Notes: generated from the letters alone by a model not told the origin. DNA of 64,000 nt from an uncultured Planctomycetaceae bacterium (GCA_963785305.1 CAWAUV010000005.1:704001-768000), one strand, 5' to 3'; positions 1-8,571 are shown, counted from the first letter of the stretch. Translations and numbers: made by a program.

Positions 1-104
1 CGACCCAACTTTCGCGCCTCGATTCCCGCATACCGCCGCCGATCTTTCTCGGACAACGATTGATAAAAACACTTCATCTCGTGTTCGATTTCGGGGGAAT
101 ACAT
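1..104 (-). CDS. ISAzo13-family (Rhodopirellula-type) transposase, N-terminal part
   Basis: Manual translation MYSPEIEHEMKCFYQSLSEKDRRRYAGIEARKLGR with AGGAGG RBS upstream; LSEKDRRRYAxxEAxKLG is typical of this family. Not in the ORF track. Confidence 0.75.
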   Translation of the reverse strand, partial: MYSPEIEHEMKCFYQSLSEKDRRRYAGIEARKLG

Positions 105-219
105 GCGCTCGGCCCTCCTATATTCCAGATCAATCCCACGGACCCAGCCCCGGCGGCTGACGACGAAAACTCAGAATAACATTTGAAAAACCTCCCGGAA
201 AGTTATTTTTCGGGCGATC
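1..219 (-). mobile_element. ISAzo13-family insertion sequence, left end (continues beyond window start)
   Basis: Transposase N-terminus at <1..104. The minus strand reads TAG|GATCGCCCGAAAAATAACTT at 222..200, resembling ISAzo13 termini preceded by a TAG target. Boundary approximate. Confidence 0.65.
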
Positions 220-440
220 CTAACTTTCTCGGTGCTGATACTTTTCACCACCCCCTCGTAGATGGTGCATTTCCCATCCGTGATCTTGGTAAAAACCTGC
301 CATCGATCATCGGGCTTTGACTCGATGGGCGCCGTGGCTTCGAACGTCACATCGCAGGGCGCTTGTTCATCGGCGTTTGAGACCTGAACAAATCCGTACA
401 TGCACAACGCAACGGCTAGATAACAGCGATTTGGAATCAT
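220..440 (-). pseudogene. Secreted hypothetical protein interrupted by the IS
   Basis: Signal-peptide-like N-terminus (MIPNRCYLAVALCMYGFVQVSNA) and AAGGA RBS; the ORF runs into the IS end after ...STEKV and stops inside it at 171. Confidence 0.5.
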
Positions 441-689
441 GGTTGCAGCTTCCTTAAAAAACGCGTTGGTTCATTGACCGACTGCCGCCATGCTGCCAAT
501 CCGGTACCTGCGAAAGCACCGGTGGTCCGCTAGCATTCACGGCGCCCGTCACGTTCATGACGAGCAACATTCCAGGAGCAGTTCTATAGGCCGCGAATCT
601 CGTCGGCCAGCGTGTTTCCCTGGTATTCGCATCGTGACCAACTTACGTAGTACACTCGCCGGTTTGCCAGCGCTCCCTTCTGGTAAACG

Positions 690-727
690 AAAAAACGGCC
701 CCGTGCGCCGAGGCGCAAACGGCGGTT
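690..727 (-). terminator. Putative rho-independent terminator
   Basis: GC hairpin (CCGTTTGCGCCTCGGCGCACGG) followed by a T6 run on the minus strand, just downstream of the 774 stop. Confidence 0.45.
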
Positions 728-773
728 ACCGTATCTCGCGCGGGTGATCGCCGCGCGGATCGACGCCAGTGGC

Positions 774-1055
774 TCAGACCACATGCAGCGTGGGGCGGCG
801 GCGGGCGGTGCGCACGAAGCCGACGCTCTCGAGCGCCTTGTAGACTTCTTCGAGCGTCTTTTCCCCGAAATTCGAAATGCTCAAAAGGTCTTCCCGCGTG
901 GAATTCAGCAAGTCGTTCACAGTGAAGATGCCGCGTTCCTCGAGGCAGTTCGTGGTGCGAACCGTCAGACCGATCTCGGCGGTGCTCATCTCCAGCCGCG
1001 CGGCCATATCCTGAGCTTCGTTGCCAACCGTGGGCAAAGGAATGCGTGTCGACAT
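774..1055 (-). CDS. Stand-alone RNA polymerase alpha C-terminal domain protein (93 aa)
   Basis: IGLTVRTTNCLEERGIFTVNDLL...LLSISNFGEKTLEEV aligns to RpoA CTD (LTVRSANCL...PNLGKKSLTEI); GGGAGGG RBS before ATG 1055; no alpha-NTD. Confidence 0.85.
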   Translation of the reverse strand: MSTRIPLPTVGNEAQDMAARLEMSTAEIGLTVRTTNCLEERGIFTVNDLLNSTREDLLSISNFGEKTLEEVYKALESVGFVRTARRRPTLHVV

Positions 1056-1231
1056 GATGGGGTCCCTCCCTTGTGCAAGAAAATAAAAACGGCTCTTATC
1101 GAACCGAACATACGCCAAGCCGGGCATGCGATCCGCCCTTGCAAGCGGCCGATGCGCGGCGCCTCCCTGATGCCGCATTGACCCGGTAGCATAGCAGGGC
1201 GCCGAAAAAAATCCAACCCGACTTTTCCGAC

Positions 1232-1802
1232 TCACTGCCCCTGCATCACGCGAATCAGCTCCTGCATGCTGGTCACTCCGCGAGCCACCAGCAGCACGCC
1301 TTCGTCTTGCAAGTTGCGGTGCTTGGCTTTGCGAGCGGCGTCGCGCAGCAGCTCCAGCTTCGGTTGCTTGACGAGTATCTGCCGCATGGGGTCGGTCACC
1401 ATGAGCAACTCATAGATTCCGGTGCGTCCCACATAGCCAATGCCGCCGCAGGCCTCGCATTTGATTTCCGGATGCTTCGGATCGATCGGCTTCGTGGGCG
1501 GACGATAAAAGGCCGGCAGCTTCGGCGGCAGGCCGAAGCGCTGTATCACTTCGGGCGGCGGCGCGTAGGCCTCCTTGCATTTTTCGCACAACTTGCGAAC
1601 CAGCCGGCCGTTGACCACGGCCGTGACCGCCTTGGCATATTCGAGCGGCGGAACCTTGAGCGTCAAGATTCGCAACAGCGCCTCGACCGCTTCCTTGGCC
1701 CGGGTCGAGGTAAACACGAATCGGTCCTCGTTGAGCACCTGGCCGAACAGGATCGACGCCGATTCGGCGTTGACCATGTTGCGCACCACGAACGCGTCGG
1801 GG
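1232..1802 (-). pseudogene. PilB/GspE-family secretion ATPase, C-terminal fragment (5' part missing)
   Basis: RLVRKLCEKCK and CEACGGIGYVGRTGIYELL tetracysteine motifs and GVTSMQELIRV end; homology breaks at the repeat/intron junction (~1803). Confidence 0.8.
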
Positions 1803-1803
1803 G

Positions 1804-1820
1804 AAATCAAAGGGGTCAGG
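1804..1820 (+). repeat. 5' arm of REP-like hairpin, acting as group II intron 5' exon (IBS2+IBS1)
   Basis: AAATCAAAGGGGTCAGG, identical to 2752..2768 and immediately followed by the intron start GTGCG. Confidence 0.8.
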
Positions 1821-2750
1821 GTGCGCCGGCGCGAAGCCGGAGGAGAGTAGCGAATGAAAGAGTCGCACGAGGCAAGGCCTAGCCAGCCACCTCGGCCTCG
1901 AGTGATGCGTCGTGTCGGGCAACTGGCAGGGCGAAGCGTTCACAGAGGCACGGCCGGGCGGTGTATCGAGCTCCGAAAACATTCTTTTGTGGCGGCCGAC
2001 CTTGTCCTGACAAAGGGAAGGCAACAGTGATGTCGAACGATCATGGCGAGTCCGACGTCTCCCCCACGGAGTCTGAGACCACCCGCACGGCCGGAAACTT
2101 TTCTCGCGGAAGCCGGGAGATCCCGGGAACATCCGCTTCACCGGAAGCGGATCGGTCGGAGAAGGCGCGAGGCCACAAGTCCGACATGCACGTTCCCGGG
2201 GAGTCAGACAGTTCCATAGTACCAAAGAAGCAGGCGAACAACGACAGCGTGCCGCTGTCGGCGGAGCCCGTGGAGGGAAGGGAGCTGACCGAGGAGAACG
2301 CCGAGCAGTCGCTACTGGACCGGACACAGCGCCGGGCTCCCAGGTCGCGCGGACTGCTGGGCGTGCGAGAAGCGGCACAACGCGACAAGAAGATGCGGTT
2401 CAACAATCTGCTGAACCATGTCACGCCCGAACTGCTGGTGGCGAGTTTCTTCGACCTGAAGAAGCAAGCCGCGCCCGGCGTCGATGGCCTGACATGGGCT
2501 CAATACGCCACCGATTTCGAAACGCGGATCGACGATCCGCACAGTCGAATCCATCGGGGAGCCTATCGAGCCAGGCCGTCCAAGCGAACTTGGATTCCCA
2601 AGCTCGACGGCAAGCCGCGGCCCCTCGGGATCGCGGCGCTGGAGGACAAGATCGTCCAGCAAGCCGTACGGACGATCCTGGAGTGCATCTACGAAGAGGA
2701 CTTTCTGGGTTTCAGTTACGGCTTTCGTCCTGGACGAAGCTGTCACCGGA
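1821..2750 (+). mobile_element. Group II intron, 5' portion only (3'-truncated)
   Basis: Canonical GTGCG 5' end at 1821; domain I-like motifs (GAAGCGTTCACAG, GAGCTCCGAAAA, GCCGAC...GAAGGCAAC); RT ORF follows; no domain V/VI seen before the second repeat. Confidence 0.9.
2186..2750 (+). pseudogene. ltrA: Group II intron reverse transcriptase/maturase, truncated after RT2
   Basis: RFNNLLNHV, AAPGVDG (RT0), WIPKLDGKPRPLGIAALEDKIVQ (RT1-2), FSYGFRPGRSCH, then an abrupt break; no YADD. Confidence 0.9.
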
Positions 2751-2781
2751 AAAATCAAAGGGGTCAGGCCTCATTGATTTT
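2751..2781. repeat. REP-like imperfect hairpin directly upstream of RAYT
   Basis: AAAATCAA-AGGGGTCAGGCCTCA-TTGATTTT: 8-bp outer stem plus inner GGGG/CCTC pairing, 30 nt before the RAYT ATG. Confidence 0.75.
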
Positions 2782-2810
2782 GCTGGCGGTTGTTGGCAGG
2801 CATGGCGGCC

Positions 2811-2993
2811 ATGCCGCGACCACCACGAGCCGACGAAGCTGGCGGCGTCTACCATGCCCTGAATCGAGCGAATTCCCGGGCCAAGATATTCCGCAACGAC
2901 GCGGATTAAGAAGCCTTCGAGCACGTGCTCGGTGAAGGGCTCGCGCGGCATGCTGTCGACTTGTTCTCTTACCAGTTGATGCCCAGCCACTGG
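2811..2993 (+). pseudogene. rayT: REP-associated tyrosine (Y1/HUH) transposase fragment with internal stop
   Basis: MPRPPRADEAGGVYHALNRANSRAKIFRNDAD*EAFEHVLGEGLARHAVDLFSYQLMPSHW matches the RAYT N-terminus (YHxxNRG...LMPNHxH); premature TAA and truncation at the HUH motif. Confidence 0.8.
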
Positions 2994-3156
2994 CGAGGCC
3001 GGCGGTGCGCGAGGGCAGCCGCTCGACGACGCCGCGGAGCCGTTCATACAAACAGCGCGGCTCCGCGGCATTGACTTGCCAGACGGTCGCCGAGATCACC
3101 AGCGGGCCCAGGTTGGGTCCGTAGCCGGCTTCGTCGGTACCGATAAAAATGGGCAT
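2994..3156 (-). pseudogene. RNase HII-like protein, N-terminal fragment (3' part missing)
   Basis: MPIFIGTDEAGYGPNLGPLVISATVW contains the RNase HII DEAGxG motif; the frame runs into the RAYT remnant after ~55 aa. Confidence 0.65.
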
Positions 3157-3247
3157 CGCGGCAGTATAGCAGGCTTCGCCCCGCGGCCAAGCGAACTGCC
3201 AGACGCGTTTGGCGAGTCGAGGCGCCCCAGATCTTGAACTCGGACGT

Positions 3248-4511
3248 TTAGCCCTTTTGAGCCATCGCGTCGGCCAGGATGCGCGAGGTGCTTTCGCGCA
3301 TGATCCGCGGGTCGACGGTTTTGCCTTCGAGCAGCGTCTTACGCACATCCTTGCCCGAGATGAATAGCGGCTTCTCGTCTTTGTGCAGCTCCATGAGATC
3401 GACCCGGCCGGCCGACTCATAGTACGCCGCGAAGCCGACCTTGACGGGCTTGATCTTCAGGTCGCCCTTGAGATTGCCGAAGATTTCTTGGGCATCGAAA
3501 TCACCCCAGATCGCCGTGCCGTCGTGATACGGCGCGTCGGCGTGTTTGCGGCCGATGATAATGTCCGTGAAGCCGAAGTTCTGGCGATAGATGCCGTGCA
3601 TGATCGCTTCCTTCGGCCCGCCGTAGAACATCTTGATGTCGAGCCCGAGCAGAATCACGCGATCGGGAACCGATTCCTTGCGCGGACCCCAGAGCTTCTG
3701 GTCGCTGTCGCCTTCGCCCAGCGCCGGGTATCGATCAGCGCTTCGTAGGTGTGCATGCGCACTTCGGCGTTTACATCGTCGCCCTTGGTTTCGCCGATCA
3801 GCGGGTTCAGGGCCGCGCCGGCGTTGTGGCCTTCGCGAAGCAGCGTTTCGAGGCCATAAACCAAAGCGTATTCATGGGCCCGATGCAGCGGGTTGCGGGT
3901 CTGAAACGCCACGACCCGATTCCAGCCCTTGCTCGCCAGCAGTTTGCGGACCTCGCGCGGCGAGAGCACATATTTGCCGAAGCTGCGGCATGCTTCGGCT
4001 GCGGCAGCACGCGCACCGTGCCGCCGACGAGATGCGTCTTGTCGGCGTCGCCCTTGAGCACCATGTCGGCGCCCGGATGATCGGTGCGGTCTGTCAGATA
4101 GACGCTCTTGATGTAGCGTGGCTTATCCCAGGCGTAGACATCGTTGATGTCGAGCGTGCCGACGACCGCCCCGGCGGTGTTCACGAGCGCCACCGTTTGC
4201 CCCGGCTTGAGCGAAGCGGCCAAGTCCGCGGTGACGGGCAGCGCCAGCGGAATCGTCCAGGCGAAGAGCTTGCCTTCGTGTTCGATCACCGATTCATCCA
4301 GCACACGGTTGTACACAGCGCTGCTCATGGGACCCGTCAACGGGCTCAGGGCGCCATCGGCAAAGCGGTAGACGGTCGACAGATCGGCGTCGGACACCGG
4401 CAATTTGGGCAATTTCGCCGCGGCTGCCTTGAACGATTCGACTTCGGCTTGAGGCACGGTGCGGTCGACAAGTTCGGCGCTGGCGCCATGGGGGGCGATA
4501 AGATCGGCCAT
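3248..4511 (-). CDS. sat: Sulfate adenylyltransferase (ATP sulfurylase), two frameshifts
   Basis: ORFs 3807..4511, 3655..3969 and 3248..3658 give [54 protein letters not shown] and FISGKDVR. Confidence 0.92.
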
Positions 4512-4612
4512 CGAAATTCAGCTCCTTGTGCAGAGTCAGATCAGCAAGCGGCGAGCCCCGCGGCCCGGCTTCGCAGTGCGGATCGAAAGCGTGTGGATCG
4601 GGAAAAGCCGTG

Positions 4613-4642
4613 AGTATAGAGCGAGTTTGCCGACATCGACAA
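4613..4642 (-). promoter_or_regulatory. Putative sigma70 promoter for sat
   Basis: TTGTCG-N18-TATACT on the minus strand, ~100 nt upstream of the sat start. Confidence 0.4.
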
Positions 4643-4700
4643 GCGGAAGTCGACTAAAAACCAGCGCGGCCAGCGAGCGGACCGGGGCGGCGGCGGAGTG

Positions 4701-5201
4701 CTAGCGAAGGTAAGAGTGGCCGAGCAGGCGGCGGAGCAGGCCGATCTGGCCGGCATGGAGCATTTCATGTTCGGGGCAGAATTGCAGCGCTCCACGCTTC
4801 GTCTTCGCCATGGAAAGTGAAATCAGCGGCGGACCTTCGAGTTCCGCTTCGGTGACGGCGCCAAGTTCCGCGAGCGCGGCGGCATGCACCCGGTCGAGCG
4901 TGGCCCGCAGTTCTTCCGGCGAGGGATGGTTGCTCGGGTCGACCGCGGCCGACGATCCGCGGGCAAAATGCTTGCGAAACTCGGGCGCGATGATCGCGGA
5001 ATCCGAATCTCGCGGCCCGCGCCGCGCCGCGAGCGTCAGACCATATTCGGCCGTCGCCAAGTGTCCAACCTGCCAAGCGATATGCGATACCGGCGGCGAC
5101 GGGGTTCGGAACCAGTCTTCCGGCGGCGTGGCGTCGATGAGCGTGAGCGTGTATTTGCGAGCGAATTCGATGCGCGCGATGGTTGCTTCAACCACATTCA
5201 T
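4701..5201 (-). CDS. DinB/DUF664 family protein
   Basis: SHIAWQVGHLA ... HEMLHAGQIGLLRRLLG His pattern. Confidence 0.85.
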   Translation of the reverse strand: MNVVEATIARIEFARKYTLTLIDATPPEDWFRTPSPPVSHIAWQVGHLATAEYGLTLAARRGPRDSDSAIIAPEFRKHFARGSSAAVDPSNHPSPEELRATLDRVHAAALAELGAVTEAELEGPPLISLSMAKTKRGALQFCPEHEMLHAGQIGLLRRLLGHSYLR

Positions 5202-5244
5202 GCGGTTCTCCTTGCGTCAGACATGGAACGCTTGCCGCGCCGAC

Positions 5245-6738
5245 TCAGCGACGGGCCAATTTCGAAAATCGCTCATGGGCGGCGTTCCAAGCGTCGGCCG
5301 CCGAAGGCTCGTACACCGCCACTCCAAAGCTGCGGCGCGAGACCTCGCGCGCCTCGACGATCGAGCCGATCTCGCCCGCCGCCACCGCTTGCACCAGCAA
5401 ATTGCCGATTGCGGTCGCTTCGATCGGTCCGGCGACCACGGGCCGCTGGCAGGCGTCGGCCGTGGCTTGGCAGAGCTGCGCATTTTGAGTGCCGCCGCCC
5501 ACGATGTGAATCGTTTCGATTCGCGATCCGACAAGCTGCTCGAGCCATCCGAGCACCTGACGATATCGCAGCGCGAGGCTTTCGATCGCGCAGCGAATCA
5601 CGGCGCCCTGGCTCTCGGGCGCCGCCTGTCCGGTGGCTCGGCAATACTCGCGGATCGCGGCCGGCATGTCGGGCGGGGCGAGAAACCGCGGATCGTCGGG
5701 GTCGATCAACGAGGCGAGCGGCGGGGCCGCGGCGGACAAATGATTCAGATCGGCCCAGCGCAGATTTGCCCCGCCCAGGTTCCAAATCCGCCGGCACTCT
5801 TGCACCAACCACAAGCCGGCGATGTTTTTGAGCACGCGCGTCGATCCGCCCACGCCGGCTTCGTTCGTGAAGTTCAGCGAGAGACAGCGCTCGTTGATGA
5901 TCGGGTCGGCCACTTCCACGCCCATGAGCGACCAAGTGCCCGAGCTGATATAGCACCAGTCCGGATGATTGCTCACCTCGCCCGCGGCCGGCGCGGCCAC
6001 CACGGCGCTGGCCGTGTCATGCGTGCCGGGCAGCACCACTCGCACACCCTGGAGTCCGACATCGGCGGCGACCGAGGGCCGCAAGGCGCCCAAGCAAGTT
6101 CCGGGCGGTTCGAGTTGACCCAAGATGCCGGTCGGCAATTCGAGGGCCTCGAAGAGCGGATAGGCCCAGTTCCGTGCCCGCGGATTGTAAAATTGCGTCG
6201 TGCTCGCGTTCGTGATTTCGTTGACCATCACACCCGTGAGCAGCCAATGAAATAGGTCGGGCATCAGGAGCAAATGTTCGGCGGCGGCGAGCAACGGCGA
6301 ACGCTCGAGCCGCATGGCCAGCAATTGATACAGGGTGTTGATCTGCATGAACTGCAAACCGGTGTGCTCGAAAATTTGCTCGCGGCCAATTCGCTCGAAA
6401 GCGCGATCGAGCATGCCCTCGGTGCGTCGATCGCGATACGACCGCGGGTTACCCAGCAGTTCGCCGCCGCGTCCGACAAGCCCGAAATCGACGCCCCAGG
6501 TATCAATGCCCACGCTCACGACTCGGCCCAGTCGCCCGGCGGCGGCGGATCGCAGGCCGTTGCGAATGTGCGTCCATTGGCTGAGCACGTCCCAGTAAAA
6601 ATTGTCGGCCGCGGGCACATAGGCGTTTTCGAAGCGGTAGATTTCGTCGAGCTCGAGCCGCGAGCCATTGAACATTCCGGCCACATGCCGACCGCCCGAC
6701 GCGCCGATGTCGATGGCAAGAAAAGCTTTTTCGCTCAT
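5245..6738 (-). CDS. rhaB: Rhamnulokinase / FGGY sugar kinase
   Basis: LAIDIGASGGR, GIDTWGVDFGL, HDTASAV, YISSGTWSLMG, FTNEAG, GPIEATAIGN; start taken at MSEKAF. Confidence 0.88.
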   Translation of the reverse strand: MSEKAFLAIDIGASGGRHVAGMFNGSRLELDEIYRFENAYVPAADNFYWDVLSQWTHIRNGLRSAAAGRLGRVVSVGIDTWGVDFGLVGRGGELLGNPRSYRDRRTEGMLDRAFERIGREQIFEHTGLQFMQINTLYQLLAMRLERSPLLAAAEHLLLMPDLFHWLLTGVMVNEITNASTTQFYNPRARNWAYPLFEALELPTGILGQLEPPGTCLGALRPSVAADVGLQGVRVVLPGTHDTASAVVAAPAAGEVSNHPDWCYISSGTWSLMGVEVADPIINERCLSLNFTNEAGVGGSTRVLKNIAGLWLVQECRRIWNLGGANLRWADLNHLSAAAPPLASLIDPDDPRFLAPPDMPAAIREYCRATGQAAPESQGAVIRCAIESLALRYRQVLGWLEQLVGSRIETIHIVGGGTQNAQLCQATADACQRPVVAGPIEATAIGNLLVQAVAAGEIGSIVEAREVSRRSFGVAVYEPSAADAWNAAHERFSKLARR

Positions 6739-6813
6739 GGAGGAAAACGACCTCGCGGGCAACCGCGGTTCGAGGGATGGAAGGCGTTTTGGGCGATAAG
6801 ACCCGCGGCTTCG

Positions 6814-6915
6814 CAGCCTGTTGAAAAATGCCCTCGTGGCATTTTTCAACCTCGCCAAGCGGCCGAGCATAGCTCGTCGCGGCTTGCACAGCCTGTTGAA
6901 TATTTCAACAGGCTG
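6814..6915. mobile_element. MITE-like repeat, copy 1
   Basis: Terminal inverted repeats CAGCCTGTTGAAA...TTTCAACAGGCTG; shares internal blocks with 44470..44614; no transposase. Confidence 0.7.
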
Positions 6916-7136
6916 TTTGGCGTGAAAAACCCAAGATGACGACGCGGCCTGCCGCGGTCAAGCGTCTCGCGATCCCCGTTTATTTTCCCGATTGCGAATC
7001 GGCCCCGCATTATGGCTGGGCAGGAGCTCCGCCGCGGTTGTCTGGCGCCAGCAGCGAGCGATCGTAGCGGTTTTGTGGAATCCGCCTGCAAGTTTTTGGA
7101 CGCCCGAGCCGATAAACAGACACGGCGATGCGATTG

Positions 7137-7165
7137 TTGACTTTGGCCAGAAACATTCGTATCAT
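7137..7165 (+). promoter_or_regulatory. Putative sigma70 promoter for cysH-Rrf2
   Basis: TTGACT-N17-TATCAT. Confidence 0.55.
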
Positions 7166-7315
7166 TCGCTGGATTGGCACATAAACACCATGATTACATC
7201 CGCGATTGTGTCTGGGACCCTCGATCCGGCGGTGCTTCCCGTGCGGCCAACCGCCGCGGAATGTGCGGCGAGCGAGCAAAATCAGGTCGAGGTCGGTCGC
7301 CGGAACATTTCTTCC

Positions 7316-8128
7316 ATGAGCAACACCCCGGCCGAACGGTTCGATGGAATCACTTCGTCAGAAGCGGCGCCGATGAACGCGACGCCAGAAACGCCAGGAA
7401 ACGCTTCGCGGGCCGAGACGCCCGCCGTGCCCGACGCCGAGGCTCTCGAGCAGCTTGCGACCTATAGTCGCGAGCTCGAAAGCGCCACGCCGCGCGAGAT
7501 CATCGCCTGGGCCGTGAAGACTTATTTTCCGCGGCTCACGATGGCCACCGCCTTCGGTCCCGAGGGCTGCTGCATTTTGCACATGCTCTCCGAGATCGAA
7601 CCCCAAACCCATGTATTCAATCTCGACACCGGCTATCAGTTCCCGGAAACACTCGAGCTCCGCCAAGAGATTGAGCGTCGCTATGGAATGAAAATCGAAC
7701 TGCACCAGCCCGAGTCCTCGGTCGCGGAATATGAAGCGTTGCATGGCGGTCCGCTTTACACGACGAAGCCGGATCAGTGCTGCGCCGATCGCAAACTGGC
7801 GGTGCTGCGAAAATCGCTTGTCGGCATGCGCGCTTGGATGAGCGGCATTCGTCGCGATCAGAGCTCGTATCGGGCCGTGGCGCCGATCGTGGGTTGGGAC
7901 AAGAAGTTCGGACTGGTGAAAATCAGCCCCTTGGCCAATTGGACCAAGAAAGAAGTCTGGAAGCTGATCACCGATCATGACATTCCCTACAACCCGCTCC
8001 ACGATCGCGGCTTCACCAGCATTGGCTGCTGGCCTTGCACCCGGGGTGTCGCGGTCGGCGAGGACGAACGCGCCGGCCGGTGGAGTGGTTTTGCCAAGAC
8101 CGAGTGCGGTCTGCACACCAGCGAATAA
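7316..8128 (+). CDS. cysH: APS/PAPS reductase, Fe-S (APS-type) form
   Basis: LDTGYQFPET, CCADRK and SIGCWPCT cysteine motifs, RAGRW...KTECGLH end; start codon uncertain. Confidence 0.92.
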   Translation: MSNTPAERFDGITSSEAAPMNATPETPGNASRAETPAVPDAEALEQLATYSRELESATPREIIAWAVKTYFPRLTMATAFGPEGCCILHMLSEIEPQTHVFNLDTGYQFPETLELRQEIERRYGMKIELHQPESSVAEYEALHGGPLYTTKPDQCCADRKLAVLRKSLVGMRAWMSGIRRDQSSYRAVAPIVGWDKKFGLVKISPLANWTKKEVWKLITDHDIPYNPLHDRGFTSIGCWPCTRGVAVGEDERAGRWSGFAKTECGLHTSE

Positions 8129-8138
8129 GTGACGCGCG

Positions 8139-8571
8139 ATGCGAGTTTCCGCCAAGACGGAATATGCCTGTTTGGCGCTGATGGAGCTCGCGGCCCGCTA
8201 CGGCCAGCCGGAGCCGGTCACGATCCGCGCCATCGCCAAGCCCCATGGCATTCCCTCGCGTTTTCTAGTGCAGATTCTCCTGCAACTCAAAAGCGTCGGA
8301 CTGGTGGCGAGCACGCGTGGCGCTTCCGGCGGCTATAAGCTCAGCAGACCGCCCGAGGAAATTTCGCTCGGCGAAGTGATGCGGGCCATTGATGGCTCGG
8401 AACACGAATCGCTCGGCTTGGGCGGCGAGGGCCGAGCGCCGGCGGCGCGAGTGCTGCAAGACGCTTGGCGCGAAATCGCCCAGGTGGAGCGCGAGAGCGC
8501 TCCAGTCGCTCACCTTCGGCGAACTGGCCGACCGCATGAAGCTCGACGCCGAGAGCATGTACTATATTTGA
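8139..8571 (+). CDS. Rrf2-family regulator, CymR-like (frameshift near C-terminus)
   Basis: wHTH with FLVQILLQLK...VASTRGASGGYKL; C-terminus in ORF 8389..8571 ends ...ESMYYI; no IscR Cys triad. Confidence 0.85.

Noticed and set aside
1961..2935. Retron, DGR or defence-type RT
   Set aside because: Preceded by a group II intron 5' end with domain I motifs and RT0; no msr/msd, TR/VR pair or accessory genes seen.
4810..6255. Long antisense or alternative-frame ORFs (e.g. 4810..6255, 37817..39529, 60477..61907)
   Set aside because: Shadow ORFs expected in high-GC DNA opposite well-supported genes; no recognisable motifs.
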